This document shows, piece by piece, positions 28,539 through 38,604 of a DNA stretch of 64,000 nucleotides. A program made the position numbers and the translations under genes. The notes below the pieces were generated by a model, which did no database searches, had not been told where the DNA came from, and saw only the letters and a program-made list of their open reading frames with translations. Positions within the stretch are counted from its first letter, which is position 1. Every line of letters begins with the position of its first letter. This DNA is from Sulfolobales archaeon. GTDB lineage: Archaea; Thermoproteota; Thermoprotei_A; Sulfolobales; NBVN01. The stretch spans positions 1 through 64,000 of the forward strand of contig JAWBTQ010000002.1 in NCBI GenBank assembly GCA_038841535.1, written 5' to 3'.

Positions 28539-30588
28539 CACCCGGACCGTACAAGAGCGTCCACAGCCAGCGCAAGTTTTCCCTAAGTGGGAAGATATCT
28601 TCAAACTTATAGCCTTGTCTAATTCCCTCCCTAATGTACTCCTCAATCAGGGGTCTTATTTTTTCAAGCAGGTTTAAACTAGCAATGATTACGCCGATCT
28701 CTGATAGAGGCCCCATAGTATTGAATACTGCTTTAAGCACAGTGCTAAGAGTGGGCAGAGACTCGACTAGTGGAGTCTCGGGGTCGTTAATATAGTCTAA
28801 TGCTCTTCTCACAGGTTCAAGAGAACTACTGAGAGCTCTATTAAGTTCCTCGATCTCCAATCTTATTGATGCTATTCTTCTTAAGAGATCCGAGACTCTA
28901 GGTAGAGCACTTTTTTTCGCATCAACAGCCCAACTTAATTTGCTCAGAGGGTCTGAAGCGATTAAAGTGTGTGCGTATGAGAAGAAGTTTTGGTATGTCT
29001 TAAGGAGTTCAATAACGTATGGATTCTTTACCTCATAGGAACCTGACAGCTTACTTAACTTCTCTGCTTCATCAGCTAGCTTACTTAGAGTCTCAATAGT
29101 AGCATCTATCTGCTGTTCGAGTCCCAGGAGAAGTATTAGAGTGTAGTTTTGATACATTTGAATGGCTTTAATTCCTAAGTCAGCACAGCTCTTTAAGGGT
29201 CTAAGCATAGGCCTAAAGCCGAAGAGTTCGTAGTAAGCCTCTGGTAGCATGTTCATGAGGGTTTCTTGTAGGTCGCCACAGTAATGCTTAAGTGTCTCTG
29301 AGATCTTCGGTATCAAGCTGTGAAAAGCCTTCCACTTTTCAGTCCTGGTGTGAGCTGTCTCTATCTCTTCATATATTGTAGCTAAGTCTCTCTTAGGGGC
29401 AACCTGGCTTATACCGTGTGAGACTTCTATGAATGTGCGCAACTCTTCGAAGAGAGATTCAAGCGCTTTATCGAACTCTGCGTTTAGTCTGGTAAGCTTC
29501 TCATACACCCTAATAGTTCTCTGTGGAGAGAGAATAACTGAGGAGAGCATTCTCATGTACTCATTTATAGTTGATTTCGACTCGTTGATCATTTCTCCAG
29601 CGTTTGTAAGTGAGCTTAAGTCACCCTCACGAAAGTGCTTCATAAGTTCCTCGAATACTCCAACTTTATATCCTACGACTTCAACGAGCTCTCTAGACTC
29701 CAGTATGTAGCTATGGGCTAATGTCGTACCCTCTTGAAGGCTTTTAGCTAAGCTAAGAGTTCCAATAAAGACTAAAGTGTAAATCGAGACTATAGCTAGG
29801 TTTAGGGGTTGAGGGTTGAAAGTGTATGTAATGACCAATGACAGGGGAGTGGCTATTATAGCCCTTCTTACGAGCTCTAGGAGAGAGCCTTTCAGCGTTC
29901 CTTTATTGGAGATGGGGAACCTGCTGTCAGCTAGTCTAATGAGGAGTAAACCTAGGAAGTATGCCACTAGGACTACACTTAATCTTAAGACGACTTCGTA
30001 ACCTATAATCTCTTTGCTCATACTTAAAAACTCTCGGGGAACTGCTCTCAAGTCTTGTAGGTTGGTTGCTGAGTACTGGCTAACATAAGTCGTGAGTAGC
30101 AGTAAGATCGAGTAGGATGCTACCGAGATCACAGCAACGGAACCGGAGGTCAGTGTGGATAGACTAGCGAAAAGAGCCATAGATACCAGTAGAGACTTTA
30201 TCCACGCTACTGCCAGCACATAGACTACTAAGTGATAAGAGAGAGTTAGTATATCATCTAGCTTCCGTATTCGGGTTATAGAGAGGTATACGGGAATCAG
30301 TAGAACGAGGAGTAGCGAGAAGATTGCTACATCCGCGTAAGGTAGGACGTAACTTACGCTTTCTGAAGAGTAAACTATGTAGAGATATGTCGCTATGTAC
30401 AGCAGTAATAGAGCTGGAGAAACGCCTGGAAATCTGCCACCCGCGAGTGCTGCGACAACGAAAGAAATGAAGAAGGCAAGCTGAAGTTCTAGATATAGGT
30501 TAGGATATACTAGAAAAGCTATTAAACCAGCAACTGCTGCATAAGCTCCAGCTGCTATTACTCTGTTTACTAGTGTCTCGCGAAGCAC
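28522..30588 (-). CDS. Large membrane protein (N-terminal multi-TM region, C-terminal helical/coiled-coil region)
   Basis: 688-aa ORF; residues ~1-280 hold many hydrophobic segments and the remainder is Leu/Glu-rich and helical. Confidence 0.8.
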   Translation of the reverse strand: MLRETLVNRVIAAGAYAAVAGLIAFLVYPNLYLELQLAFFISFVVAALAGGRFPGVSPALLLLYIATYLYIVYSSESVSYVLPYADVAIFSLLLVLLIPVYLSITRIRKLDDILTLSYHLVVYVLAVAWIKSLLVSMALFASLSTLTSGSVAVISVASYSILLLLTTYVSQYSATNLQDLRAVPREFLSMSKEIIGYEVVLRLSVVLVAYFLGLLLIRLADSRFPISNKGTLKGSLLELVRRAIIATPLSLVITYTFNPQPLNLAIVSIYTLVFIGTLSLAKSLQEGTTLAHSYILESRELVEVVGYKVGVFEELMKHFREGDLSSLTNAGEMINESKSTINEYMRMLSSVILSPQRTIRVYEKLTRLNAEFDKALESLFEELRTFIEVSHGISQVAPKRDLATIYEEIETAHTRTEKWKAFHSLIPKISETLKHYCGDLQETLMNMLPEAYYELFGFRPMLRPLKSCADLGIKAIQMYQNYTLILLLGLEQQIDATIETLSKLADEAEKLSKLSGSYEVKNPYVIELLKTYQNFFSYAHTLIASDPLSKLSWAVDAKKSALPRVSDLLRRIASIRLEIEELNRALSSSLEPVRRALDYINDPETPLVESLPTLSTVLKAVFNTMGPLSEIGVIIASLNLLEKIRPLIEEYIREGIRQGYKFEDIFPLRENLRWLWTLLYGPGDESAV

Positions 30589-30594
30589 GTCCTA

Positions 30595-31578
30595 TTACAC
30601 CCTAATTACATTTAAAAATCTTAGGTTTGTTAAGATTTCAACCGCATCTGCTGTAGCGACTGTCTTACTTATGATATTGATTCCTTCTGCTACGATGTTC
30701 TTCAAACTAAATTCAGCGAGGGCTTTAACGTCGAGTACGTCGTTGTCTATGTAGTTTATCTTTACTTTGTTTTCTGCCAGCCTCTCTAGCTTTCTTGCTT
30801 CTTCGTAGAGGTTTTTCCATACTTCTATACTACCGGAGGCTAGGCTTTCAACTGGAAACCTCAGTAGCCCGGTGGAGATGTAGAAGATTAGGTTGAGTGC
30901 TTGAAAGAGGTCTTTGAATATCGAGGCTGGTTCTAGCCTAAAGCATAGAGGTACGTAAGTACCTATAGCTGGGTGTTCGTGTAGCTCTATTGCTAGACCA
31001 GACAAACACTTCTCGACGTAGTCTATGACTTCCATTCTCGTGGAGTTCTTGATTAGTCTGTCGATAGATAGCGGAATTATGGTGTACTTCCCGTACTGTA
31101 CAGTAGCACTGACTAGGGAAGTTAGGTTTACTTTATCAAAGTCGCTTATGTTTCTGTAATCAAAGTTTATGAATAGATATACGTGAGGCGTTATTCCCAG
31201 ATTTCGCATGAACCTTAATACCTTGTATGCGATTACTAATGACTCGTCATGTAAGTCTGTAACAACAGTTAAAGAAGAAGTTACCTTGGGACTCATGTAC
31301 GAAATCAGTACCTCCGCTAACTTTTCGTAGTCCTCCAGTTCGGTCTGACGCATTTTAATAAGTTGGTTCTCTACCGTTAGAGACCTAGTGTTGACGAGCC
31401 TCCAATTGCCAATTGCTTTAGGGCCGGGACCTGAGCTTAAAACAAATACAGATGGATAAAGATCGAGAGTTTTAGAAAACAAGTGAAGGTACTTTCTAGG
31501 GATTATAGCTATTTTTTCTTGCTCAATTAAGCTAACTTTACTTAAGAGGTCTAGAATAAAGCTTAGCGTCTTGCTCAC
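30595..31578 (-). CDS. Hypothetical protein, possible highly divergent FtsZ/tubulin-like fold lacking the GGGTG motif
   Basis: GGTGG SD then GTG at 31578; the central region aligns by eye with the FtsZ core (see findings). The confidence value refers to the CDS, not the fold. Confidence 0.75.
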   Translation of the reverse strand: MSKTLSFILDLLSKVSLIEQEKIAIIPRKYLHLFSKTLDLYPSVFVLSSGPGPKAIGNWRLVNTRSLTVENQLIKMRQTELEDYEKLAEVLISYMSPKVTSSLTVVTDLHDESLVIAYKVLRFMRNLGITPHVYLFINFDYRNISDFDKVNLTSLVSATVQYGKYTIIPLSIDRLIKNSTRMEVIDYVEKCLSGLAIELHEHPAIGTYVPLCFRLEPASIFKDLFQALNLIFYISTGLLRFPVESLASGSIEVWKNLYEEARKLERLAENKVKINYIDNDVLDVKALAEFSLKNIVAEGINIISKTVATADAVEILTNLRFLNVIRV

Positions 31579-31761
31579 AAGCCCCACCGTATTTTGTGGA
31601 ATATGACAAATAAAAGCGTTATTACAAAGAACAAGGTAGTGCAATAAACAGTGACCCTTACATGTAGAGAACTGAATCACGCATAACTAAAGCTAACTAG
31701 CTTTAACTACCTTGACAAGCTTCTCTCCATGCGGGTCTGTATAACACCGCATCAAATCAGT

Positions 31762-32169
31762 TTAGGCGGTCCGGGTTCTTTTGTAGAAGTACTTAGTTAA
31801 GCAAAGCTCGTTTAGGCTTTTACTTACTTGCGCTCGCCACTGGTTAACCCATGGTTGAGATAGCTGATACGGAGCATGCGAAATTGTTAATGAAGGTCTT
31901 ACACCTTGAAGAGATAGATGTGTTGCCACAGCAGCTACAGCTACAGCTACTTTAGCTTCATCTGTAACAACATGTTTAGGAGCCTCTTCCGTTACCTCTG
32001 GTCTTACTGCCGGAGCCTCGACTCGAGGTGCTTGCGGCTTACTTACTTTACCCATTAAAAACCGCGATGATATCCTTATAAAGAAAACTATCATACCCAG
32101 TATAATGAAGGCAAGCAGGTAGGCATAGACTATAGCTAGGATGTCTAGAGCACCAGACATAGGCCCCAC
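31762..32169 (-). CDS. OadG/MmdD-like subunit of a Na+-pumping decarboxylase (single TM)
   Basis: N-terminal TM, Pro/Ala/Glu linker, AVAVAAVATHL helix and a C-terminal W..W.R segment. Confidence 0.6.
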   Translation of the reverse strand: MGPMSGALDILAIVYAYLLAFIILGMIVFFIRISSRFLMGKVSKPQAPRVEAPAVRPEVTEEAPKHVVTDEAKVAVAVAAVATHLSLQGVRPSLTISHAPYQLSQPWVNQWRAQVSKSLNELCLTKYFYKRTRTA

Positions 32170-32259
32170 AATATCAGGGTTAGACCCTTAAAAGCGTATC
32201 CATCACCGATTACCGTACTTTACAACCGAATCCTGTTCCTTTAGAAGGAAGGAGATCGG

Positions 32260-33777
32260 TCAAGAGTGCTGAGATGCTAGTGCTACTCCCTCGCTTCTAG
32301 GATCTGAGGCTACCTGCGCTATACGCTTAGATATATCGGTGAGAGCAATGTGAACTAAGCCCGTAGGTCCGTACCTTTCTACTTGTTCTACACTTAAGTT
32401 AGTCGATGACGGTGGGCGAAGGAAGTCCTCGACAACTACTTTTTTTCTCCCTATAGGTTCTGTGAAAATAAACCTTGGTGCATCAAGTGCTCGAGACAGA
32501 TCGAATCCATATAAGAATATGTTCTCATAAATTCTTGCGTGTATTTGCGGTCTCAAGTCACCCCCGGCGCACCCTATTACGTATCTTCGACTTCCGTGCT
32601 CTACCCCTAGTATCGACAACGTATGAAGAGGTCTCTTCTTGGGAGCCGGACTGTTAGGCAGGCCCTCTCTTTTAGCGAACCCGTAGCCCCTGTTCTGTAC
32701 TGGAAAACCGAGAGCTATTAGACCAGACCCAAACGGGTGGAAGAGGCTTTGTATGAATCCCACCGTCGATACTCCATCAGATACAGCAAGAAATGTTGTG
32801 TCCATAGCTCCGTACTCCGCGCTACCTTCGATCTGCTTACTAAGTAAAAGTTGCCTGATCTTACTGTACTCTAGGTACGAAGAAACGTCGATGCCCATGA
32901 AGTCTGGATCCCCTAGGAAAGCATCGCGGAAGCTGTAGGATGTTTCAACCACTTCAGACCACTTCTCAATTCTCATAGGGTCGTCGAATGCCGTAGTGCT
33001 AATGTCTAGGTCGTAGATAGCTGATAGCATGTGTAGTGTTGTAGCTCCTTGAGTATTGGGTGGTAGCTCGTAGAGCACCTTACCGTCTAGGTCTAGCTTT
33101 AGGGGCCTAGTCTCATAGCCCTCGTGGTCCATTAAGTCCTCTAAACCAATATCGACTTTCTGTTCTCGCAGTTCATCTACGAACCTCTCAGCTAGCTTAC
33201 CGTAGTAAAATTCGTCCCACCCGCGAGTAGCTATAGTCCTAAGCGTCCTAGCCATTTCCTTGCTGCTGATGTAGCTACCCGGCTGAATACCCTTAAAGAA
33301 CTTCGACCACTTATAGCCTTCAAGCTCACTTTCAACGAGCCTTGAGGCTCTCGATAGGTAGTATCCAGCGTGAAAGCCGTTGTATGCTAGCGAAATAGCT
33401 GGACGTAGGAGCCTCTCGAGAGGTAGAGTACAAAACTCCTCGCTAACGAACCCCCATAAGTAAGCTAGGCCGGGAATAGTTACAGTAAGGGGGCCTCTTT
33501 TGGGTAGTTGCCTCAGGTATTCCTCCGGTTTAAGCCCTGACGGAGACTTACCGCTAGACATGTAGGCCATAACATCGCTATCTATAAAGGCCAGCATGAA
33601 ACCGTCTCCACCTAGCCCACCGGTTTGGGGAAGTACTACGGATAGAACAGCACTAGCGGCTATGGCTGCGTCAAAAGCGTTTCCACCTTCCTCTAAGATA
33701 TCTAAAGCAGCTTTTGTAGCAAGATAGGAGTCTGAGGAAGCTCCCTTAGTACCGAACGCAGACTTAACCACGACCAC
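32260..33777 (-). CDS. ggt: Gamma-glutamyltransferase family protein
   Basis: GGNAFDAAIA, GLGGDGF, PPNTQG, DTT (autocatalytic Thr), QSLFHPFGSG, QNRG, KRPLHTL and SDPRSEG motifs. Confidence 0.93.
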   Translation of the reverse strand: MVVVKSAFGTKGASSDSYLATKAALDILEEGGNAFDAAIAASAVLSVVLPQTGGLGGDGFMLAFIDSDVMAYMSSGKSPSGLKPEEYLRQLPKRGPLTVTIPGLAYLWGFVSEEFCTLPLERLLRPAISLAYNGFHAGYYLSRASRLVESELEGYKWSKFFKGIQPGSYISSKEMARTLRTIATRGWDEFYYGKLAERFVDELREQKVDIGLEDLMDHEGYETRPLKLDLDGKVLYELPPNTQGATTLHMLSAIYDLDISTTAFDDPMRIEKWSEVVETSYSFRDAFLGDPDFMGIDVSSYLEYSKIRQLLLSKQIEGSAEYGAMDTTFLAVSDGVSTVGFIQSLFHPFGSGLIALGFPVQNRGYGFAKREGLPNSPAPKKRPLHTLSILGVEHGSRRYVIGCAGGDLRPQIHARIYENIFLYGFDLSRALDAPRFIFTEPIGRKKVVVEDFLRPPSSTNLSVEQVERYGPTGLVHIALTDISKRIAQVASDPRSEGVALASQHS

Positions 33778-34154
33778 TCAAACACACCAGTCAACCCTAT
33801 TTCGGTAACAATATAACTGCGACAATACTAATTCAGGTTCCTCGGTATTGATAGCTACAGAATGATAGCTAAGGTCTACCCGCTTTCCTGCTATAAGGAG
33901 TAAAAAGTCTTCACATCGTCAGCACCCACAACAAGCAGAAAGTCTTTCGTAAGCTAGAGACGGGGCAAGGGAATACTCCAACATCGACGTCAACTTCTAG
34001 CAACTTTAGCAGCGGGCTTTTCTTAATTACGGCATTGTTGAATTAAACGAATGAGTGTCGGAAGAGGCGCAGTAGTGAACTCTATACTACGCTACGCTTC
34101 ACTACTTTAGATTGATTTATCTATTCTTTTATGTAATATCGGAGGTGAACTTAG

Positions 34155-35204
34155 GTTAGCAAGGAGAAGAGAGTCTGGGTTGATGTGTTGACATCTAAGC
34201 AGGGGGTACTGCTTGGAACTCTCGCTAAAGAACTAATAAGCAGAGGCTTCGAAGTATTGGTGACCTGCCGAGAGTACGAATACGCGTGCAAGGTTTTAAA
34301 CGCTCTGCGTGTTCCATGCTTATCAGTAGGTAGATACTCGGAGGGTGGACCTGCTGCGAAAGTATATGAAGATGGACTGAGGGTCTCAGCACTTGCGGGC
34401 ATAGTTAGAGACTTCTCGCCCGAGTACCTCGTAGCTTACCCTAACCCCTCCGCTGCTAGAGTAGCTTTCGGAGTGGGTATAAAGTACATAGCACTAACTG
34501 ACTCACCTCACGCAATTATTCCAAGTAGGCTCTCTCTGCCTCTAGCGGATTTCGTAGTCTTTTCTGAGTGCATACCAGTAGATGAAGTTGAATCCTTCGT
34601 TAGCGAGAAGTTTACTAAACTTGTCACATACCGTGGAGTTGATGAAGTGGGCTGGATTAAGAGGTTAGAGCCTAAAGAAGAGGATGTTAAGCTTCTCGGA
34701 CTGAAGCCATGGGAATATGTCGTCTTTAGACCTGCTGAGGAAATGGCTACGTACTACAGGGGTTTAAGCGTTTTACCAGCACGTGAAGTTCTTCAAGTAA
34801 TTGCTAGGCTAGGTTACGACATCGTGCTCCTTCCACGATACTCTAAGCACAGAGAGCTGGAGAAAGAGGGAGTGATCCTGCTTGAGGAAGGGTTTAGTGG
34901 TCCCTCACTGACTTATTTCGCGAAATTAGTTGTTACAGGTGGGGCCTCAATAGCTCGGGAAGCAGCCCTCCTTGGAACACCATCTATAACGTATACGCCA
35001 CTCGAGCTATACGTTAACTCATGTTTAGAGTCCTGGGGGTTTCCACTGAGGAGGGTGAAGTCCTTGCTAGAGCTGGAGACAGTGTCTAGAGAACTAGTAG
35101 AAAGATCTATACAGAGCGATAAAGAGCTTTATGTTGATAGAGCTAAATCTCTTGAAGACCCACTTACCGTAGTCGAGGGAATACTTTCGGGTGGTGGCTT
35201 CTGA
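34155..35204 (+). CDS. DUF354 family protein (GT-B fold, archaeal)
   Basis: RVWVDVLTSKQ, P.AARVAFG, DSPHA, GVDEV.WI and REAALLG.P motifs. The conserved N-terminus lies upstream of the first canonical start (34185). Confidence 0.85.
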   Translation, partial: VSKEKRVWVDVLTSKQGVLLGTLAKELISRGFEVLVTCREYEYACKVLNALRVPCLSVGRYSEGGPAAKVYEDGLRVSALAGIVRDFSPEYLVAYPNPSAARVAFGVGIKYIALTDSPHAIIPSRLSLPLADFVVFSECIPVDEVESFVSEKFTKLVTYRGVDEVGWIKRLEPKEEDVKLLGLKPWEYVVFRPAEEMATYYRGLSVLPAREVLQVIARLGYDIVLLPRYSKHRELEKEGVILLEEGFSGPSLTYFAKLVVTGGASIAREAALLGTPSITYTPLELYVNSCLESWGFPLRRVKSLLELETVSRELVERSIQSDKELYVDRAKSLEDPLTVVEGILSGGGF

Positions 35205-35247
35205 GGAGAGACTGTAGAACTTAGTTAGGTCTTTGGGGGCATCTGGC

Positions 35248-36090
35248 ATGAAGGTTTATGTCACTGTTTGGTTTAAGGACTTCAGGAGGAGAGACTTAGC
35301 GAGTGAATTAGTTGGGGGAGGTTTCGACGGGTTCGAGTTGAGTCTAGATTACCCTATTTGTGGCAGAGTGAAGCTGGATGAAATGCCTCAAATAAGAGAT
35401 CTAATGAAGTCGGGGCTTGAAGCAGGTGTGCACCTACCTTGGCGCGAGATATATCTGGCATCACCAGTCGACGAAGTAAGAAAGACTTCTTTAAATATCG
35501 TGCTCAAATGTTTTAAGGAATCTCGTGTTTTAGAGCCAAAGTACGCAGTTTTACACGTAGTTACAGACCAAGCAGTATGCTCTGACGGCATTGAAGAGTG
35601 TATTACAGCGTCCACGAAATCTATAGAGGTACTTGCGGAAGTAGCTGACGAACTCGGTGTACCTCTCTATGTTGAGACCACACGGAACTTCTGCTGTGGA
35701 GGACTTGAGCAAGCTGTTAGCTACATAGAGCATAAAGTGGGCCTCTGCTTCGATATACCACACGCTATTGAGAGGTACAGCAGGCTGCGTAAAACTCCAC
35801 TGAGCCTTAGAGACATCCTCTGGGATGCACCACCTAGGTCTCTAAAAGCTATAGGGTGCGTCCACCTTCATGGGTATGTTTTGAGTGGATACTATGTTAT
35901 CGAATCGCACGTAGAGCCCAGTAAGGAGCTTTTAGAGGAGTACGTAGAAGTTATACGTAATGGTGTGATAAGACCTAAATATACTGTTCTAGAGTCTTTT
36001 TACTCTGCGGAGTCGAGAAAGTTTGTGAGGTTTGACAAGCTGAGGTGGTGTGTTGACGAGCTCAAGAAGAACCGTGATTGGGATAGATGA
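35248..36090 (+). CDS. Sugar-phosphate isomerase/AP endonuclease 2-like TIM barrel protein
   Basis: GFDGFEL, VHLPW, LASP..EVR..S, VLH, VET, CFDIPH and VHLH motifs. Confidence 0.8.
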   Translation: MKVYVTVWFKDFRRRDLASELVGGGFDGFELSLDYPICGRVKLDEMPQIRDLMKSGLEAGVHLPWREIYLASPVDEVRKTSLNIVLKCFKESRVLEPKYAVLHVVTDQAVCSDGIEECITASTKSIEVLAEVADELGVPLYVETTRNFCCGGLEQAVSYIEHKVGLCFDIPHAIERYSRLRKTPLSLRDILWDAPPRSLKAIGCVHLHGYVLSGYYVIESHVEPSKELLEEYVEVIRNGVIRPKYTVLESFYSAESRKFVRFDKLRWCVDELKKNRDWDR

Positions 36091-36727
36091 GGCAGGTAGG
36101 GGCTCGCTCGTTGGTGACATGTTTGTTGCCGGGGTCGCCTTAAGCGATGAGCAAAGTAAGGTGCTGTTGGATGCTGGTATAAGAGATAGTAAGGCTTTAA
36201 GTAGGTCAACGAGGTACAGGCTCCTACTCGACATAATAAGGTGCTCGGACTTGATAGTGATTAGCCGCGTTTTACCTGAGGACATAGATAAAGAAAATAT
36301 TAATGACTTGGAGGTAAGAGCTATAGAGAGAATACTGAAACATGCTAGGTCTAGGGGAGTGGATCCCACAAAAGTAGTAGTAGACGAAATAGCCGGGCGG
36401 AGGGTAGAGGTCGAGACAGCTGTCAGGGACCTCTTTCCGAGCGCTGAGGTTATCATGAGGCCGAAGGCTGATAAGGACTTCGTGCAAGTATCGGCAGCCT
36501 CTATTGTAGCGAAATGCCTTAGAGATGGACTCATCAAGGTCTTGAGCTCTGTACATGGAGAAATTGGGAGCGGGTATCCTTCAGATCCAAGGACGATTAA
36601 ATGGTTGAAGCATGTAAAGGAGTCTGGAAGTACTCCTTGCTGTATTAGAAAATCTTGGAAAACTCTGCGGAGAGTTCAATTCCGAACCCTGGACATGTAT
36701 GCGAAGAGTAGTGAGAAAGGCGGTTAA
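36050..36727 (+). CDS. rnhB: Ribonuclease HII
   Basis: GIDEAGRG, RDSK, VSAASIVAK..RD, GSGYPSDP.T and RKSW motifs. Confidence 0.95.
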   Translation: MLTSSRRTVIGIDEAGRGSLVGDMFVAGVALSDEQSKVLLDAGIRDSKALSRSTRYRLLLDIIRCSDLIVISRVLPEDIDKENINDLEVRAIERILKHARSRGVDPTKVVVDEIAGRRVEVETAVRDLFPSAEVIMRPKADKDFVQVSAASIVAKCLRDGLIKVLSSVHGEIGSGYPSDPRTIKWLKHVKESGSTPCCIRKSWKTLRRVQFRTLDMYAKSSEKGG

Positions 36728-36790
36728 GTTAAGGTCCCCTACCATAATTCTTAATACTCATTCCTGCGATATTCTACTGGCATTAGTGAG

Positions 36791-37660
36791 TTGACCCTGA
36801 GAAGTTACGCTAGAAAGATGTGTGAGTCTGAGTACGTAGCTTATAGAACTTACATGTACGTTAGTAAGTATGTCGTGAGTGGAAAGCTGAAATCTGCGCT
36901 CGAGAAAGCTCTAAGCGACGAGTTCAGGCACTACAGGTTCTGGAGTGAGCTGTGCGGCGACTGCAGTGGTATAACAAGTTCGATAAAAGTTCTAGCTCTC
37001 TTCTTATTCTCGATTCTCTTTGGGGTCACAATACTGATTAAGGTTTTAGAGCGCGCTGAAGGAGATACGAGTAAGCTGTATGAAAGGTTATCTAAAGAAA
37101 ACCCCGAGTTCTCAGATGTCTTAAAAGCTATGGCTGAAGACGAAGACAGACACGAGAGTGAGTTTGCCAGTAGCATTGATGAAGCAAGGATTAAGTATCT
37201 GAGCTCGATAACTTTAGGTGTATCTGACGCGATAATCGAGCTTACGGGAGTCTATACAGGGGCTTTAGGTATGCTTGAATCTACGAAAACAGCCGGAACC
37301 ATAGGCCTCCTAGCAGGTATATCGGCCTCAGCTTCGATGGCTGCCGCATCTTACGCTCAAGCAAAGCACGAGGTATGGAAAAAGCCGTACTTAGCGGCGA
37401 TATACACAGGTACATCGTACTTAGCGGTAGTATCTCTGCTCGCATTACCTTACTTCCTCACTGAATCTCTATTAACGGCATTCGCTTTAATGGTCGCTAT
37501 AGCTAACATAGTCATAGCGTACATCTCGGTGTATGGTGCAGTAATACTTAGCAAAAGCTTCTTGAGAGAGTTCTTCTCTAATGTAGCACTCCTACTAGGT
37601 ATTTCAACAGCTCTCTATGCCTTGGGTCGAGCTTTAGGCACAGCCATTCTCGGACCATAG
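36791..37660 (+). CDS. Rubrerythrin/ferritin-like domain fused to a VIT1/CCC1 transporter (MbfA-like)
   Basis: DE.RH..FW and EDEDRHE diiron motifs, then LGVSDAIIELTG and SMAAASY VIT1 membrane domain. Confidence 0.88.
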   Translation: MTLRSYARKMCESEYVAYRTYMYVSKYVVSGKLKSALEKALSDEFRHYRFWSELCGDCSGITSSIKVLALFLFSILFGVTILIKVLERAEGDTSKLYERLSKENPEFSDVLKAMAEDEDRHESEFASSIDEARIKYLSSITLGVSDAIIELTGVYTGALGMLESTKTAGTIGLLAGISASASMAAASYAQAKHEVWKKPYLAAIYTGTSYLAVVSLLALPYFLTESLLTAFALMVAIANIVIAYISVYGAVILSKSFLREFFSNVALLLGISTALYALGRALGTAILGP

Positions 37661-37743
37661 AGCTATAGCGGCTAACTATACTCATGTTCTACTTTAAATA
37701 GTGCGAAGAAATTCATCATTTCTCAAGAAGTTATACATCGAAG

Positions 37744-38604
37744 TCACTTTCTAGAAAACCTGAGTCTGGGGTTGACTCTTTCTTCAATAGCTATTCCGAG
37801 GAGCGTGAACCCTGCTCCTAATAATGCTATTCCTAGCCCCGGCACGAAGACCCACAACCATAGCCCCTGGTGGAATGCGTGACCTACTTGAGCCCTCCTC
37901 AATATCTGTCCCCAGCTCTTTACTGTAGGATCCCCAAGGCCCAGGAAGCTTAGACCAGCTTCTGTCAGGATGGCTGATGTAGCACTCAACACTATGTTTG
38001 CTATTATTAGTGGAACTACGTGTGGAAGAATGTGTCTAATCATTATTCTAAAGCCTCCCGCACCAACAGCTTTAGCGGCTTCAACGTAAGGCCTCTCTCT
38101 GAGGCTGAGCACTTGAGCCCTTACCATTCTCGCAAACCCGGACCACCCAAAGAATGCGAGTACTAAGATGATATTGTTTAAACTAGGTCCCAAGTAAGCG
38201 GCTAGGATTATTATTAGTGGTAGAGATGGGAGGGCTAGCATGACGTCGATAGCTCCAGTAATGACCTCATCTGCCACACCCCCCAAATAGCCAGCGATGA
38301 GCCCAAGCATGGTGCCTAGAATAGAAGCTATGAATGGAGCAGTGAGACCCACAAATAGGCTGACTCTAGCACCATAGATAAACTCGCTGAATATGTCTTG
38401 TCCTATATCGTTTGTTCCCAGTAGGAATCTTTCGTTAGGTGGGGTGTAGGGGGGAGCTACTAACTCGTATGGGTTGTAAGGGGCTAGACCATCGGCAAAC
38501 ACCGCAACCAACGCGAAAGCAAGTATTATAGATAATCCAACGAGTCCGAACTTGTTTCCCACTATTGCTATATACATTTCTTTAAACACGGAAGCCATCA
38601 TCAC
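37744..38604 (-). CDS. Peptide/nickel ABC transporter permease (DppC/OppC)
   Basis: LGTNDIGQDI, GARVSL, YVEAAKAVGA, RHILP and EAGLSFLGLG motifs. Confidence 0.93.
   Translation of the reverse strand: MMMASVFKEMYIAIVGNKFGLVGLSIILAFALVAVFADGLAPYNPYELVAPPYTPPNERFLLGTNDIGQDIFSEFIYGARVSLFVGLTAPFIASILGTMLGLIAGYLGGVADEVITGAIDVMLALPSLPLIIILAAYLGPSLNNIILVLAFFGWSGFARMVRAQVLSLRERPYVEAAKAVGAGGFRIMIRHILPHVVPLIIANIVLSATSAILTEAGLSFLGLGDPTVKSWGQILRRAQVGHAFHQGLWLWVFVPGLGIALLGAGFTLLGIAIEERVNPRLRFSRK

Noticed and set aside
28539-28646. CxxC cluster (CAGCGRSC) at the N-terminus of the 329-aa ORF
   Set aside because: It falls within a 125-nt overlap with the upstream gene; the real start is probably 28538.
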